Made by a program: the position numbers and the translations under genes
Source: a virus
Lineage: Duplodnaviria; Caudoviricetes
DNA: 59,545 nucleotides
Strand: one strand, 5' to 3'
Virus record (IMG/VR): IMGVR_UViG_3300045612_000175
Coordinates: 1 to 59,545 of that record
Notes under the pieces: model-generated
The model's input: only the letters and a program-made list of their open reading frames with translations
Told to the model about the DNA's origin: nothing
Databases searched by the model: none
Shown here: positions 20,121 to 28,591 of the stretch, one piece after another
Numbering within the stretch: position 1 is the first letter of the stretch
How the letters are laid out: each line of letters opens with the position of its first letter

Positions 20121-20634
20121 GGTCGATGCCCTAAGAGAGCGAGCAAAGGGCAAGAGCTACGAAAAGGTTGGCGAAGCACTGGGGCTAAGCAAAAATGGCG
20201 CGAGGAAAGCAATCTTACGTGGGCTGGAGATCCTCAAGACTGAGCGCGAGGACATTGTTGTCGAGTATGCAGGCGTACAGCTTGAGCGCATGAGGCTTGC
20301 ACTTGAGGCAATCATGCCGCGCGTGGAGGCAGGTGACCTCGACGCAATTGAGACCATGCTCAAGATAGAGACTCGGACTGCGAGGCTCTTGGCTCTTGAT
20401 GCACCGGCCAAGTACCCCGAGGATGCAGACGGAAGGCCGATCTTGCCGGGGGTCACAGTGAATATCGCACAGAGTCTCGACGGCCTAAGCGAGGCACAGC
20501 TTGAGGCACTAAGGCTTATTGGTGTTGGCGGAAGTGTAATTGAGCATGAAGGGTCTTACAGCAGCGCAGATTCGGGAAGAGGCGGAGAAGGCATTGGCAC
20601 GGAAGAATCTCCTGCACTTTACGACAAGGACTAA
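20008..20634 (+). CDS. Putative terminase small subunit (HTH)
   Basis: GKSYEKVGEALG HTH and GDLDAI...RLLALDAP, directly upstream of TerL. Exact start uncertain. Confidence 0.65.
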   Translation: MTMQSGSMAGREAPYEGSGLQSNNSAKAPFQVRARLNEVDALRERAKGKSYEKVGEALGLSKNGARKAILRGLEILKTEREDIVVEYAGVQLERMRLALEAIMPRVEAGDLDAIETMLKIETRTARLLALDAPAKYPEDADGRPILPGVTVNIAQSLDGLSEAQLEALRLIGVGGSVIEHEGSYSSADSGRGGEGIGTEESPALYDKD

Positions 20635-21394
20635 GCCCGGCTACCAAGTAGGACGCATCCACTGGCTCATTGCACAGACACTGATGCTGGTGGAGGCCGG
20701 TGTGCTGGACCGTGTGGCAATTCAGATGCCACCACGGCATGGCAAAAGCGAGCTGGCCTCAGTGCGGTTTCCTGCTTGGTATTTGGGTCGGCACCCTGAT
20801 AAGCAGTTCGTTGCGGCGAGCCATACACAGGACCTTGCCGATGAGTTCTCGGGGAAAGCAAGAGATGTCGTCAAGAATGAAAGGTGGCCGTTTCAAAGTG
20901 TGAGGCTCGCCGGGAATGCGTGGGCAGTTCGGAGATGGAAAGTCGAGACTAGGCAGCAGCATCGGTGGGCTGACCTTGGTGGTGTGTATGTTCCTGTTGG
21001 CGTTGGTGGTGGCCTCACTGGCAAGGGTGCTGACATACTAAGTATCGACGACCCGGTCAAGGACTGGGTGCAGGCCGACAGCGAACTCATTCGCGAGAGC
21101 CACTGGTACTGGTATCAGTCTGTTGCAAGCACGCGGCTCATGCCGGGGGCGGCTTGCATCATGACACTTACACGGTGGCACCAAGATGACATTCTTGGGC
21201 GTGCACTCAAGGTTGCGTCTGAAATTGCAAATGCGGATCAGTGGTTTGAGATCAAGATGCCAGCCCTTAGTGAAACAAATTTTGTTCATGCAGATATAAA
21301 CGTGCCAGACAAGTTAGCAAATGAAGCAGGAATTGATGCAGGCCTTAAGGAGCCTGAGGTACTATTCAAGAAGCTATGGAGCCTATGCAAATGA
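20546..21394 (+). CDS. Terminase large subunit, ATPase half
   Basis: Walker A MPPRHGKS, Walker B SIDDPVKD, coupling motif TRWH. Confidence 0.9.
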   Translation: MKGLTAAQIREEAEKALARKNLLHFTTRTKPGYQVGRIHWLIAQTLMLVEAGVLDRVAIQMPPRHGKSELASVRFPAWYLGRHPDKQFVAASHTQDLADEFSGKARDVVKNERWPFQSVRLAGNAWAVRRWKVETRQQHRWADLGGVYVPVGVGGGLTGKGADILSIDDPVKDWVQADSELIRESHWYWYQSVASTRLMPGAACIMTLTRWHQDDILGRALKVASEIANADQWFEIKMPALSETNFVHADINVPDKLANEAGIDAGLKEPEVLFKKLWSLCK

Positions 21395-22212
21395 AGCTGT
21401 CAGTGGTGCTGCACGACAAGGGGCCTGCACTTGATCCGGTGAGATGGCCAGAAGAAGATATGGAGAGGCGCAAGGCCTCTAGCGTGGGGCGAGTGTGGCG
21501 CAGCCTTTATCAGCAGGATCCTACTGACATTGATGGCAACCTGTTCAAGGAAGTCTGGTGGCAAATCTATGAGACGCTGCCGAGCTTCGTGCGGGTGTGC
21601 CTTTATGTTGACAGTGCATACAAGGCTGGAGTGAGCAGCGACTATAGCGTGGGCGCACTATGGGGCAAGTGCTACAATGGCAATGCGTGGCTCATTGATG
21701 TGAGGCGCGCGAGGCTTGAGTTTCCTGAGCTGGTCGAGTTTGTCATCAGCATGCGAGAAAAGCATATGAAATATAAGCCACCAGTAATTGTTGAGGACAG
21801 GTCATCGGGTCAGGCCCTCGTGCCGATCTTGAGGAAGCGCGGGGTACTTGCCATGCCGTGGAAGCACAACATCAAGGGCCTTAGGTCAAGCGCATCGAAG
21901 ATTGCACGGATGGAGGCGATCACCCCGCTTGTGGAGGCCGGGCGTGCATGGATTCCGGCGCGAGCACCATGGCGAGACGACTGGCTGGCGGAGCATCGGG
22001 CCGTGCCGACCGGGGCGCATGACGACATGGTCGATACGACCGTCATGGCCCTCGATCACTTGCTCGGCACTGTGGCCCTTGAGGCCGGGCCGAGCCTCCC
22101 ATTTCGCGACAAAGATGTGCCTGTGCTTGCCCCTATGGCCGCCGTCAAGAGGAGGCGCGACAGCGAAGAGGACGAGGAGCTAGAACGATGGCGGCAGGCT
22201 GGGCTGCTCTAG
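21385..22212 (+). CDS. Terminase large subunit, RNase H-like nuclease half
   Basis: LYQQDP, VDSAYK..SDYS, VEDRSSG, SKIAR, HDDMVDT. Candidate starts at 21376, 21385 and 21391; the last overlaps the upstream stop as ATGA. Confidence 0.9.
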   Translation: MQMKLSVVLHDKGPALDPVRWPEEDMERRKASSVGRVWRSLYQQDPTDIDGNLFKEVWWQIYETLPSFVRVCLYVDSAYKAGVSSDYSVGALWGKCYNGNAWLIDVRRARLEFPELVEFVISMREKHMKYKPPVIVEDRSSGQALVPILRKRGVLAMPWKHNIKGLRSSASKIARMEAITPLVEAGRAWIPARAPWRDDWLAEHRAVPTGAHDDMVDTTVMALDHLLGTVALEAGPSLPFRDKDVPVLAPMAAVKRRRDSEEDEELERWRQAGLL

Positions 22213-22773
22213 TGGCAGTGGGCCGGGGCCTTGTGGTGCTAGGGCTTGAGGCTCTAGTGACGGCAATGGCACTGGGCCTTGTGGTATGGGCGCTTGTGGC
22301 ATGGGGGCTTCTGGCATGGCTGGTATGGGAGGCATGGGAGGTTGCTCTGGCGCTGGCAAGCTAGGCAGGGGCGGGAGTGGCTCGCTCAGGAATGAGGCCG
22401 GGGATGCAAGGCTCGTGGCTGGCGGCATGAGGTCCTTCTTGAGCTTGATGGACTCGCGAGTGAGCTTCACGAGTTCGCCGACACTCAGGCCAGCGAGGAT
22501 GGCTTGGATCTCGCTGTCATTGGGCTTGTCGTAGCGGGTGAGCTTCTCAATGGTCTCGGCCTTTGTTGCGCGGGTGGCCCCAGCGGGCGGCCCTACGGCT
22601 GCGGTGACCACGCCTTTGTTGGCCACCATGAGGCTACTCAAGTCTGTTTTTAGCGCGTCGAGTTCCCCGGCGATTCCGAGCAATTTGCTCTTGCGCCCCA
22701 CTTTGTCCATGATGCTCTGGTAAATCATTGTCTTGTCCTTGTTCTTTGATGTATGCCAATGCCGTGCTTCCAC
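22180..22773 (-). CDS. Hypothetical protein with Pro-rich C-terminus
   Basis: ORF at the end of the reverse portal operon; start uncertain. Confidence 0.5.
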   Translation of the reverse strand: MEARHWHTSKNKDKTMIYQSIMDKVGRKSKLLGIAGELDALKTDLSSLMVANKGVVTAAVGPPAGATRATKAETIEKLTRYDKPNDSEIQAILAGLSVGELVKLTRESIKLKKDLMPPATSLASPASFLSEPLPPLPSLPAPEQPPMPPIPAMPEAPMPQAPIPQGPVPLPSLEPQALAPQGPGPLPLEQPSLPPSF

Positions 22774-23131
22774 TAAGGAGCGCTGCGGTAAACGGGCCGT
22801 TGCGCCGCAGTGTGTCGAGGAGTGTACTTGAGAGCTGAAGGATCACTTCGTCTTCAGTAGGCTCGGAGCCTAGCCTGAGGCCGCCGATTGCGTCGTAGGC
22901 CGCGTGCCATGCCTCATGCCAGAGTGTGGCGCGCATGTGGTCTTCGGACTGCTCGGGATTGATGACCACATGGCCACCGATGCAGTCGGTCAGCCCCGCC
23001 ACGACAAGGCCTTGTGCAGGGGCGTCTGGATCGGAGCTGATCTTTTCCTTGAGCATGATGTCGCTGCATGAGACTCGCCATGTGATGGGGCCGCAGTCAA
23101 AGGCAAGCACGTCAGATACTTTCATTGTCAT
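22634..23131 (-). CDS. HEXXH metallopeptidase-like phage protein
   Basis: TLWHEAWHA followed by an EDEV segment. Confidence 0.6.
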   Translation of the reverse strand: MTMKVSDVLAFDCGPITWRVSCSDIMLKEKISSDPDAPAQGLVVAGLTDCIGGHVVINPEQSEDHMRATLWHEAWHAAYDAIGGLRLGSEPTEDEVILQLSSTLLDTLRRNGPFTAALLSGSTALAYIKEQGQDNDLPEHHGQSGAQEQIARNRRGTRRAKNRLE

Positions 23132-23135
23132 AGTA

Positions 23136-23531
23136 TTAGAGGGCCTTTATGGTGATGGGGTCTGCAAAAGCAGGCTCAAGGGCATCGGGGTTCACGAGCA
23201 AGTCAAGGTCGATGCCTTCAGCGGCTGCGAGCCTGTGGAGCCTACTTTGTGCTGGTGTGGGGGCGGGAGGCGGAGGCGGGGGCGGGGGCGTGTATGGCTC
23301 ATGCGGTGCGAAGACGGGCTTGAGGGCTTCATCGACGACCGCGATATTTTTGAAGCCATAGACATGTGCGAGGGCTTCGAGCCTGTCGGCCACCGCGCAT
23401 GCACGCTCTAGGCTCAGGCCCGGCTGTCCAAGTGTGGGGCATGTGTCGGGTCCTTCGGGCGAGGCAAACGAGACACGCCATAGGGCACGCTTGGCACGGG
23501 CCTCAAGCGCACTAAGAGTCTTCAGGTCCAT
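23136..23531 (-). CDS. Hypothetical protein
   Basis: Packed between neighbouring genes; poly-Pro linker. Confidence 0.55.
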   Translation of the reverse strand: MDLKTLSALEARAKRALWRVSFASPEGPDTCPTLGQPGLSLERACAVADRLEALAHVYGFKNIAVVDEALKPVFAPHEPYTPPPPPPPPAPTPAQSRLHRLAAAEGIDLDLLVNPDALEPAFADPITIKAL

Positions 23532-23536
23532 AGGCT

Positions 23537-25699
23537 CTAGAGGCCTCCGAGCGTGGGGGCGACAGGTTGCCCCGAGCGCTGAGCACTAGAGGCCATATTC
23601 AGGCCACCAAATGGGGAGGTCTGCGGCGTGGGGCCACCGAGCGCTTGGCCGAGGGCCTGCTGGCCGCCGGGGCCTCCGCCCATGGTTGTGCCAAGGCCGG
23701 GGGCTGGCGTGCCGGGTGGCGCGATGGCCTGCATGAGGCTAGCCATCCCCGGTGCGCCGCCGGGAATGCCACCTTCGCTTGGTGGGATCACGGCGCCGGG
23801 CTGGCCGGGAATGAGGCCACGGGCCGCGAGTTCTTGCTGCAAGGCGGCTGGAGCGAGCGCAAGGTCTGCGGGACTAAGGCTCGTGAGGCCCTTGGCTGCT
23901 TCGACATCTGCGCGCTTCATCGTAAGCTCGGCGTCTTGAATGGCCTGTGCCGTGAGCCACTGCTGGATGTCAGGGCTGTTGAGGAACCGCTGGAGGAGTG
24001 CGGCGCGCCGATGGCGCTCAGGGTTCTCAAGGCCGAGCCAGCGACTGAGGATCCAGTCCTTGTCGATGTCGAGCCAGCCATTGGTGGTGGCCTGTGCGAG
24101 CTGGATGCCTATTTGGGCGGAGGCAGCATCGGCACTGTCGAGCTTCGGTGCGAGCTTCACGCGCACTCGGGCAGTGTGTGCCTGCGCGGGCGTGAGGCTA
24201 ATCCAGCCACCGACCGCAGTGATCGTGCCACTGTCGCTCATCTCGTCGATGGCTCTGTACACGTAGACGGGCCTGTCGATGTATTCGACAATGCCGTGTG
24301 TGGCCTTGAGCACGTTCTCAATTGATCTGTTTTTGCGATTTACGAAGTTGCTGAGCTTCCGCTGGGCGGTCTGGATGAGTGTCACGAGCTGGAAGCCGCT
24401 GTTTGTTGCCGAGCCTGCCCATGCGGCTGGGTCGATTGTGTCGCGGCTCACGTACCTTGTGAGCAAGTCATGGAACTCAAGTCCAGCCCTGTATGCATTG
24501 AGGTCCGGCTGCACGAACGCGAGCCTTTCGCCGGGGGCAAGGCTGATGACACGGCCCGGCTCCCAGTCGATCTCGCGTGGCGTCATGGTGTCGGGGTCTA
24601 CGCCGCCGGGCAATTGGCCTGCTGGACCCCACTCGTGCATGAGTACGAGCTGGCCGCGGCCGTAGCGCCGAATGGCAGTGGCAGCTTGGCTAATGGCCTC
24701 GTCGATTTGCCGCAAGATCACGAGGCTATTGTCGAAGAGGCCTGCGTACTTGTGGATGAGTGCGGGGTCACTGCCCGTGTCGCCGACGACGACCTCAAAG
24801 GGATTGCGGCCTGCTCCGTGCTCAAACGTGTCGAGGATTTCTACATCGCCGGGTTCGATCTGGATTACAGAGACGGGCAGGCTGCTCTGGCTGTCTGGGG
24901 CGCTGATCGCGATGTTTCTAGAGAGTGCATATGTGAGGTAGCGCCGATTGCCGAATGTCATGAAGAGCACGAGTGGGTCGTCACTCGGGCTGTCGGCGAG
25001 GCTCTTCGCATAGTCGCGTGCTGCCTTTGATGAGGGATACGCAGCGGCTACTTCAGAGATTGGCCTGTGGTACCAGTACACGACATTGGGGTGGCCGTAG
25101 AGCCTCGTCCATTCGTCGTCGTCGAACATGGTCTGAGGCGCGGGGCAATGCATCCTTAGGATCGGATTTGGTGCACCACGTGCCCATGAGTCCACTCGCT
25201 TGAGGTATGCACTGTCGGCCTCTTTGGGGTCTTGCTCTGGGAAGTCGCGCCAGTATTGCCGCGCCCAGACTACATAAGAGACGCCGCGGCCATAGGCAAT
25301 GGCGTCGCCATCGACGAGGGCCTGCAAGTCATTGCCACCTGAGTCTTGATACCACGCGGCATCCCATTCTTCGACAGCAGAGGCATCGCGCTGCTTTGTC
25401 GGGCCGAGGCCATCGGGCAGGCACTCGAAGCGGGGACTCTCGCCGCTGATGATGCCGACGTATTCGCGCAGCAGTGTCTTGGCAAGGCCCGTGCGGACGA
25501 TCTCGTGGTTAAGGCTGGCTTCTTCGCCGTTGGGGCCGACAGGATCAATCGCGTTCTCTTGATAGATCACGTCGCGGACTGCGACATCGAGGTCACGCCT
25601 CTCGCGCCATCTGTGCCACTGCGCACGAAACCACGAGCTGATCCATTCGGGTGTGGGCTTGGTTGTGCCCGGCAAGACAAATTTGCGCTGTGTACTCAT
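23537..25699 (-). CDS. Portal protein (podovirus-type)
   Basis: Portal-like pattern (DAIAYGRGV, LRQIDEAIS, WEPGRVISL, SGFQL) with a Pro/Gly-rich tail. ATG at 25699 has an SD (GAGAGG) and is preferred over 25966. Confidence 0.7.
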   Translation of the reverse strand: MSTQRKFVLPGTTKPTPEWISSWFRAQWHRWRERRDLDVAVRDVIYQENAIDPVGPNGEEASLNHEIVRTGLAKTLLREYVGIISGESPRFECLPDGLGPTKQRDASAVEEWDAAWYQDSGGNDLQALVDGDAIAYGRGVSYVVWARQYWRDFPEQDPKEADSAYLKRVDSWARGAPNPILRMHCPAPQTMFDDDEWTRLYGHPNVVYWYHRPISEVAAAYPSSKAARDYAKSLADSPSDDPLVLFMTFGNRRYLTYALSRNIAISAPDSQSSLPVSVIQIEPGDVEILDTFEHGAGRNPFEVVVGDTGSDPALIHKYAGLFDNSLVILRQIDEAISQAATAIRRYGRGQLVLMHEWGPAGQLPGGVDPDTMTPREIDWEPGRVISLAPGERLAFVQPDLNAYRAGLEFHDLLTRYVSRDTIDPAAWAGSATNSGFQLVTLIQTAQRKLSNFVNRKNRSIENVLKATHGIVEYIDRPVYVYRAIDEMSDSGTITAVGGWISLTPAQAHTARVRVKLAPKLDSADAASAQIGIQLAQATTNGWLDIDKDWILSRWLGLENPERHRRAALLQRFLNSPDIQQWLTAQAIQDAELTMKRADVEAAKGLTSLSPADLALAPAALQQELAARGLIPGQPGAVIPPSEGGIPGGAPGMASLMQAIAPPGTPAPGLGTTMGGGPGGQQALGQALGGPTPQTSPFGGLNMASSAQRSGQPVAPTLGGL

Positions 25700-26084
25700 T
25701 TTGATCGTGGGCCTCTCTTTTATGAAACGCGGGGACCATTTTTGGCGGCACACCACCCTTTTTAGAAAAGGCATGGGGCTTGGTACGGAATTGTAATGCT
25801 CAGTTTTAGGATTTTGCTGCGATTTTTTGTGGGTGAGTAGGGGGGATTTTGTACACGTGCACATCTTCAAAAGGTGTCCTAGCGAGCAGCCAGATTTGAA
25901 AATGTGCATATGCGCATAGTGGCATGGGGGCCGGTCGGCAGGGTAGTCTGGCCGCCGTGAGACCAAACCCTACCAGATCACTGTGGCGGGGTCTGGCCGC
26001 TTGCCAGATAGTTTCGGCGTCGCCCCGATCTCGACAGACGGGGCGACCCGCAGTGACGTACTGCGGCACACTGGAGCACGGCCA

Positions 26085-26600
26085 ATGGCACGTGTAAGCA
26101 CGGCGGATCTGGCGGCCCGGATCGACAACCTCGCAGCGGCCGTGACCGCGCAAGGTGAGACACTCGCGAGGATCGCCGACAATGGGGAGCGCCTCCTACA
26201 GGCGCTGGAGCGCATGGCAACACCCACGGTCGCACGGGTGATCGAGGGCAAGGTTTCCGTGGCGGCTCAGATCGGCAGGGCACAGGCTAAGGCGCTCCCG
26301 CGCAGGGTCGAGGGCACGATGACCCCGGTGGTCAATCTGGCCATCGGTGACCGGGTCAGGTTTAGCGCGGTCACTCGCACGACCGCAAGCGCGAAGATCA
26401 TGTCCGTGGACGGCGACAAGCGCAAGGACACGGGCGCGGTCGAACCCATCGGGTCTGGCAATCTGGCCAGCATCGAGGGCGTGGTCCGGGGCATCGCGGG
26501 TAAGGTGTGTGTGACGGTCGAGGTCGCACACGGCGCGGGCAAGGTTCTCCAGATCTGGGTCCGCAAGGATCAGGAGATCGAGCGCATCGCGACCGCGTAA
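26085..26600 (+). CDS. First early-region hypothetical protein
   Basis: GGAG SD, ATG at 26085, preceded by two strong hairpins (26019-26066). Confidence 0.7.
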   Translation: MARVSTADLAARIDNLAAAVTAQGETLARIADNGERLLQALERMATPTVARVIEGKVSVAAQIGRAQAKALPRRVEGTMTPVVNLAIGDRVRFSAVTRTTASAKIMSVDGDKRKDTGAVEPIGSGNLASIEGVVRGIAGKVCVTVEVAHGAGKVLQIWVRKDQEIERIATA

Positions 26601-26659
26601 CACACAAGGGCGGGCACGCAAGTGTCCGCCCAACACTCTTGCACACAGGGAGCATGAGC

Positions 26660-28554
26660 ATGAGCATCGCAGTCACTCTCCAAACCGTTCCGTTCGACGC
26701 GGTCACGCTCGACCGCACGTTCGAGGACTTGACCAAGCGCGAACAGCGCCTCACGAAGTTGATCGACGATACCGAGGCGGCCTTGTCAGTGGCGAACGCG
26801 GAGGACTGGTTCAAGGCGAGTGTCAACAAGTTGGTGCAGCGCACGATGCACCAGAAGTTGCAGAACCTGCGCGCCAAGAGGTCCGACATTCGGACGCAGC
26901 GCGCCACCGTCAAGAATGTGCTTGACGCGGTGGTTGAGGCACACATCGAAGCCGAGGTCGTGCTCACGAAGGAGGGCAAAGCATAGCACGGAGCACACAA
27001 GGGCACGGCACGGGGCAGGCCGCACACTGCCCCACACACCCACACGGAGGAACGGCAATGGACATCGTCGGATACGGCCCCATGTTCAGGGACCAAGAGG
27101 ACTTCGCGGCGGACGCTGAGTGGCGGAAGTGGGTCGAAAGCCCCCAAGGGCGCGAGGCATTGAAGACCCAGCGCGAAGAGGCACAGGCAGAGCACGAGGC
27201 CAAGATGGCTTCGTGTGCATCATACCGCTTGATGCAAGCCGAGATCGAGGCGGCACTGTCCGCCTCTGCGCCCGGCGAGTACGTCCTCGCTTCAGAGTGG
27301 CGACCGAACCGTTTCCGTTAGGCACCCATGCGGTTGGCAGATCCGCATGTAAAACTGCCACACACAAGGAGGCACAGGCATGAACGCTATTCTCGCGCAG
27401 TATCGCGGCGATGTGATCTTCACGTCGCCTGAAACGGCCGGTGCTCTGGGCCGGACGTTCGCCGGGGCGGACGTCGTGCTCGGTCCCGAAGGCACGGTGA
27501 CGCAAGTCATCGTGCACAACCGCTTGGATGGGGTGCGCATCAAGCGCGCCATCTTGCGGCGACTGCGGGGACAGTTCGTAGCGGTCTCAGAGCGCCAAAG
27601 CCGCGCACTCTAGGCACCCATGCGGTTGGCAGATCCGCATGTAAAACTGCCACACACAAGGAGGACTTCACGTGCGTATCACTGTGGCAGATAGCGGGGC
27701 GGCCTACAAGGCCGTCTGCATGATGCACGAAAGTGCACGACGGTCGTTCGATGTGGTCCTGATCCATGCGGGCGACGCACGAGCCGACGTGCTCGTGCAT
27801 GGTCCCGAGATCGGGGCCGCACTTGCGGCGGTTCGAGTACTCCGTGCGCTCTTCAAGCGCTGCGGTGTGAAGAACACCGTGGCAATCGAACTCTAGGCGA
27901 CCGCGGTTGGCAGATCCGCGTATGTAAAACTGCCACACACAGGAGGAACGAGCCATGTCCGCGATCCCGATGCCCACGATGGTGTACGTGCCGCAGGAGA
28001 TGACGCACGAGAGCGTCAAGGACTTGAGGCTGATGCTTCGGCATCAAGATGTTCGTATCGTGCGCTCGAACGATAGCAGCATTCGCATCGAGGGTGATGC
28101 GCTGCGTGCTCCGCGTGTGCAGGCAGCGCTCGGCACGCGATGGTATAGCCGCAACATGATTGACGGCGCTACGCAGTACAACATCTGGCAGCGCGGGCAA
28201 GCGCTCAAGGATGCCCTTGATGCGAGGGCAAGGCGCGAGGGGGCCGGTCGGCTCTGGGGCGATGAGACACCCGAAGAGATGCGCCTTGATGAGGCCATGG
28301 GCGGAAGGCACTTCGCGTGGCAGCCCAATGTGCTGGGGCGGATCGACGCCATCGCCACCACGTGCCCGATGTGCTTTGCGAGGACCACTTATGGCAGTGC
28401 ATGCAAAGTCCATGCGCACGAAGTGTACCGCGAAAGGTTGCGCGAACAGATCCGCGAGGCAGAAGCGGAGGCACTGGACCTTGAGAGGCGGGCGGTCCGT
28501 GCGAGGGCATGGCTCGACAGGCTGCGCGAAGAACTGGAGGCTGCCAGTGCCTAA
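26660..28554 (+). CDS. Five small early genes (26660..26986, 27058..27321, 27380..27613, 27672..27896, 27955..28554), each preceded by a pseudoknot-SD element
   Basis: Each has a strong SD (GGGAG/GGAGG) and fills the space between the intergenic elements. Confidence 0.75.
27319..27372 (+). repeat. 54-bp intergenic direct repeat, copy 1 (identical copy 27611..27664, variant 27894..27946)
   Basis: taggcacccatgcggttggcagatccgcatgtaaaactgccacacacaaggagg. Confidence 0.95.
27327..27360 (+). ncRNA. Predicted H-type pseudoknot cis-element
   Basis: S1 CAUGCGG/CCGCAUG and S2 UGGCAG/CUGCCA, with compensatory changes in the copies at 27006 and 27902. Confidence 0.7.
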
Positions 28555-28591
28555 GCGTGCACCGAGTGGTCGCACAGAAGGGCCGCATACG

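Noticed and set aside
25700-25966. 89-codon N-terminal extension of the portal ORF
   Set aside because: The ATG at 25699 has a good SD and the extension reads like non-coding sequence.
27319-27946. Repeats as a CRISPR array
   Set aside because: The spacers are ~230-240 bp and each is an SD-led ORF. There is no cas operon; the Cas4-like gene is an ordinary phage exonuclease in the replication module.
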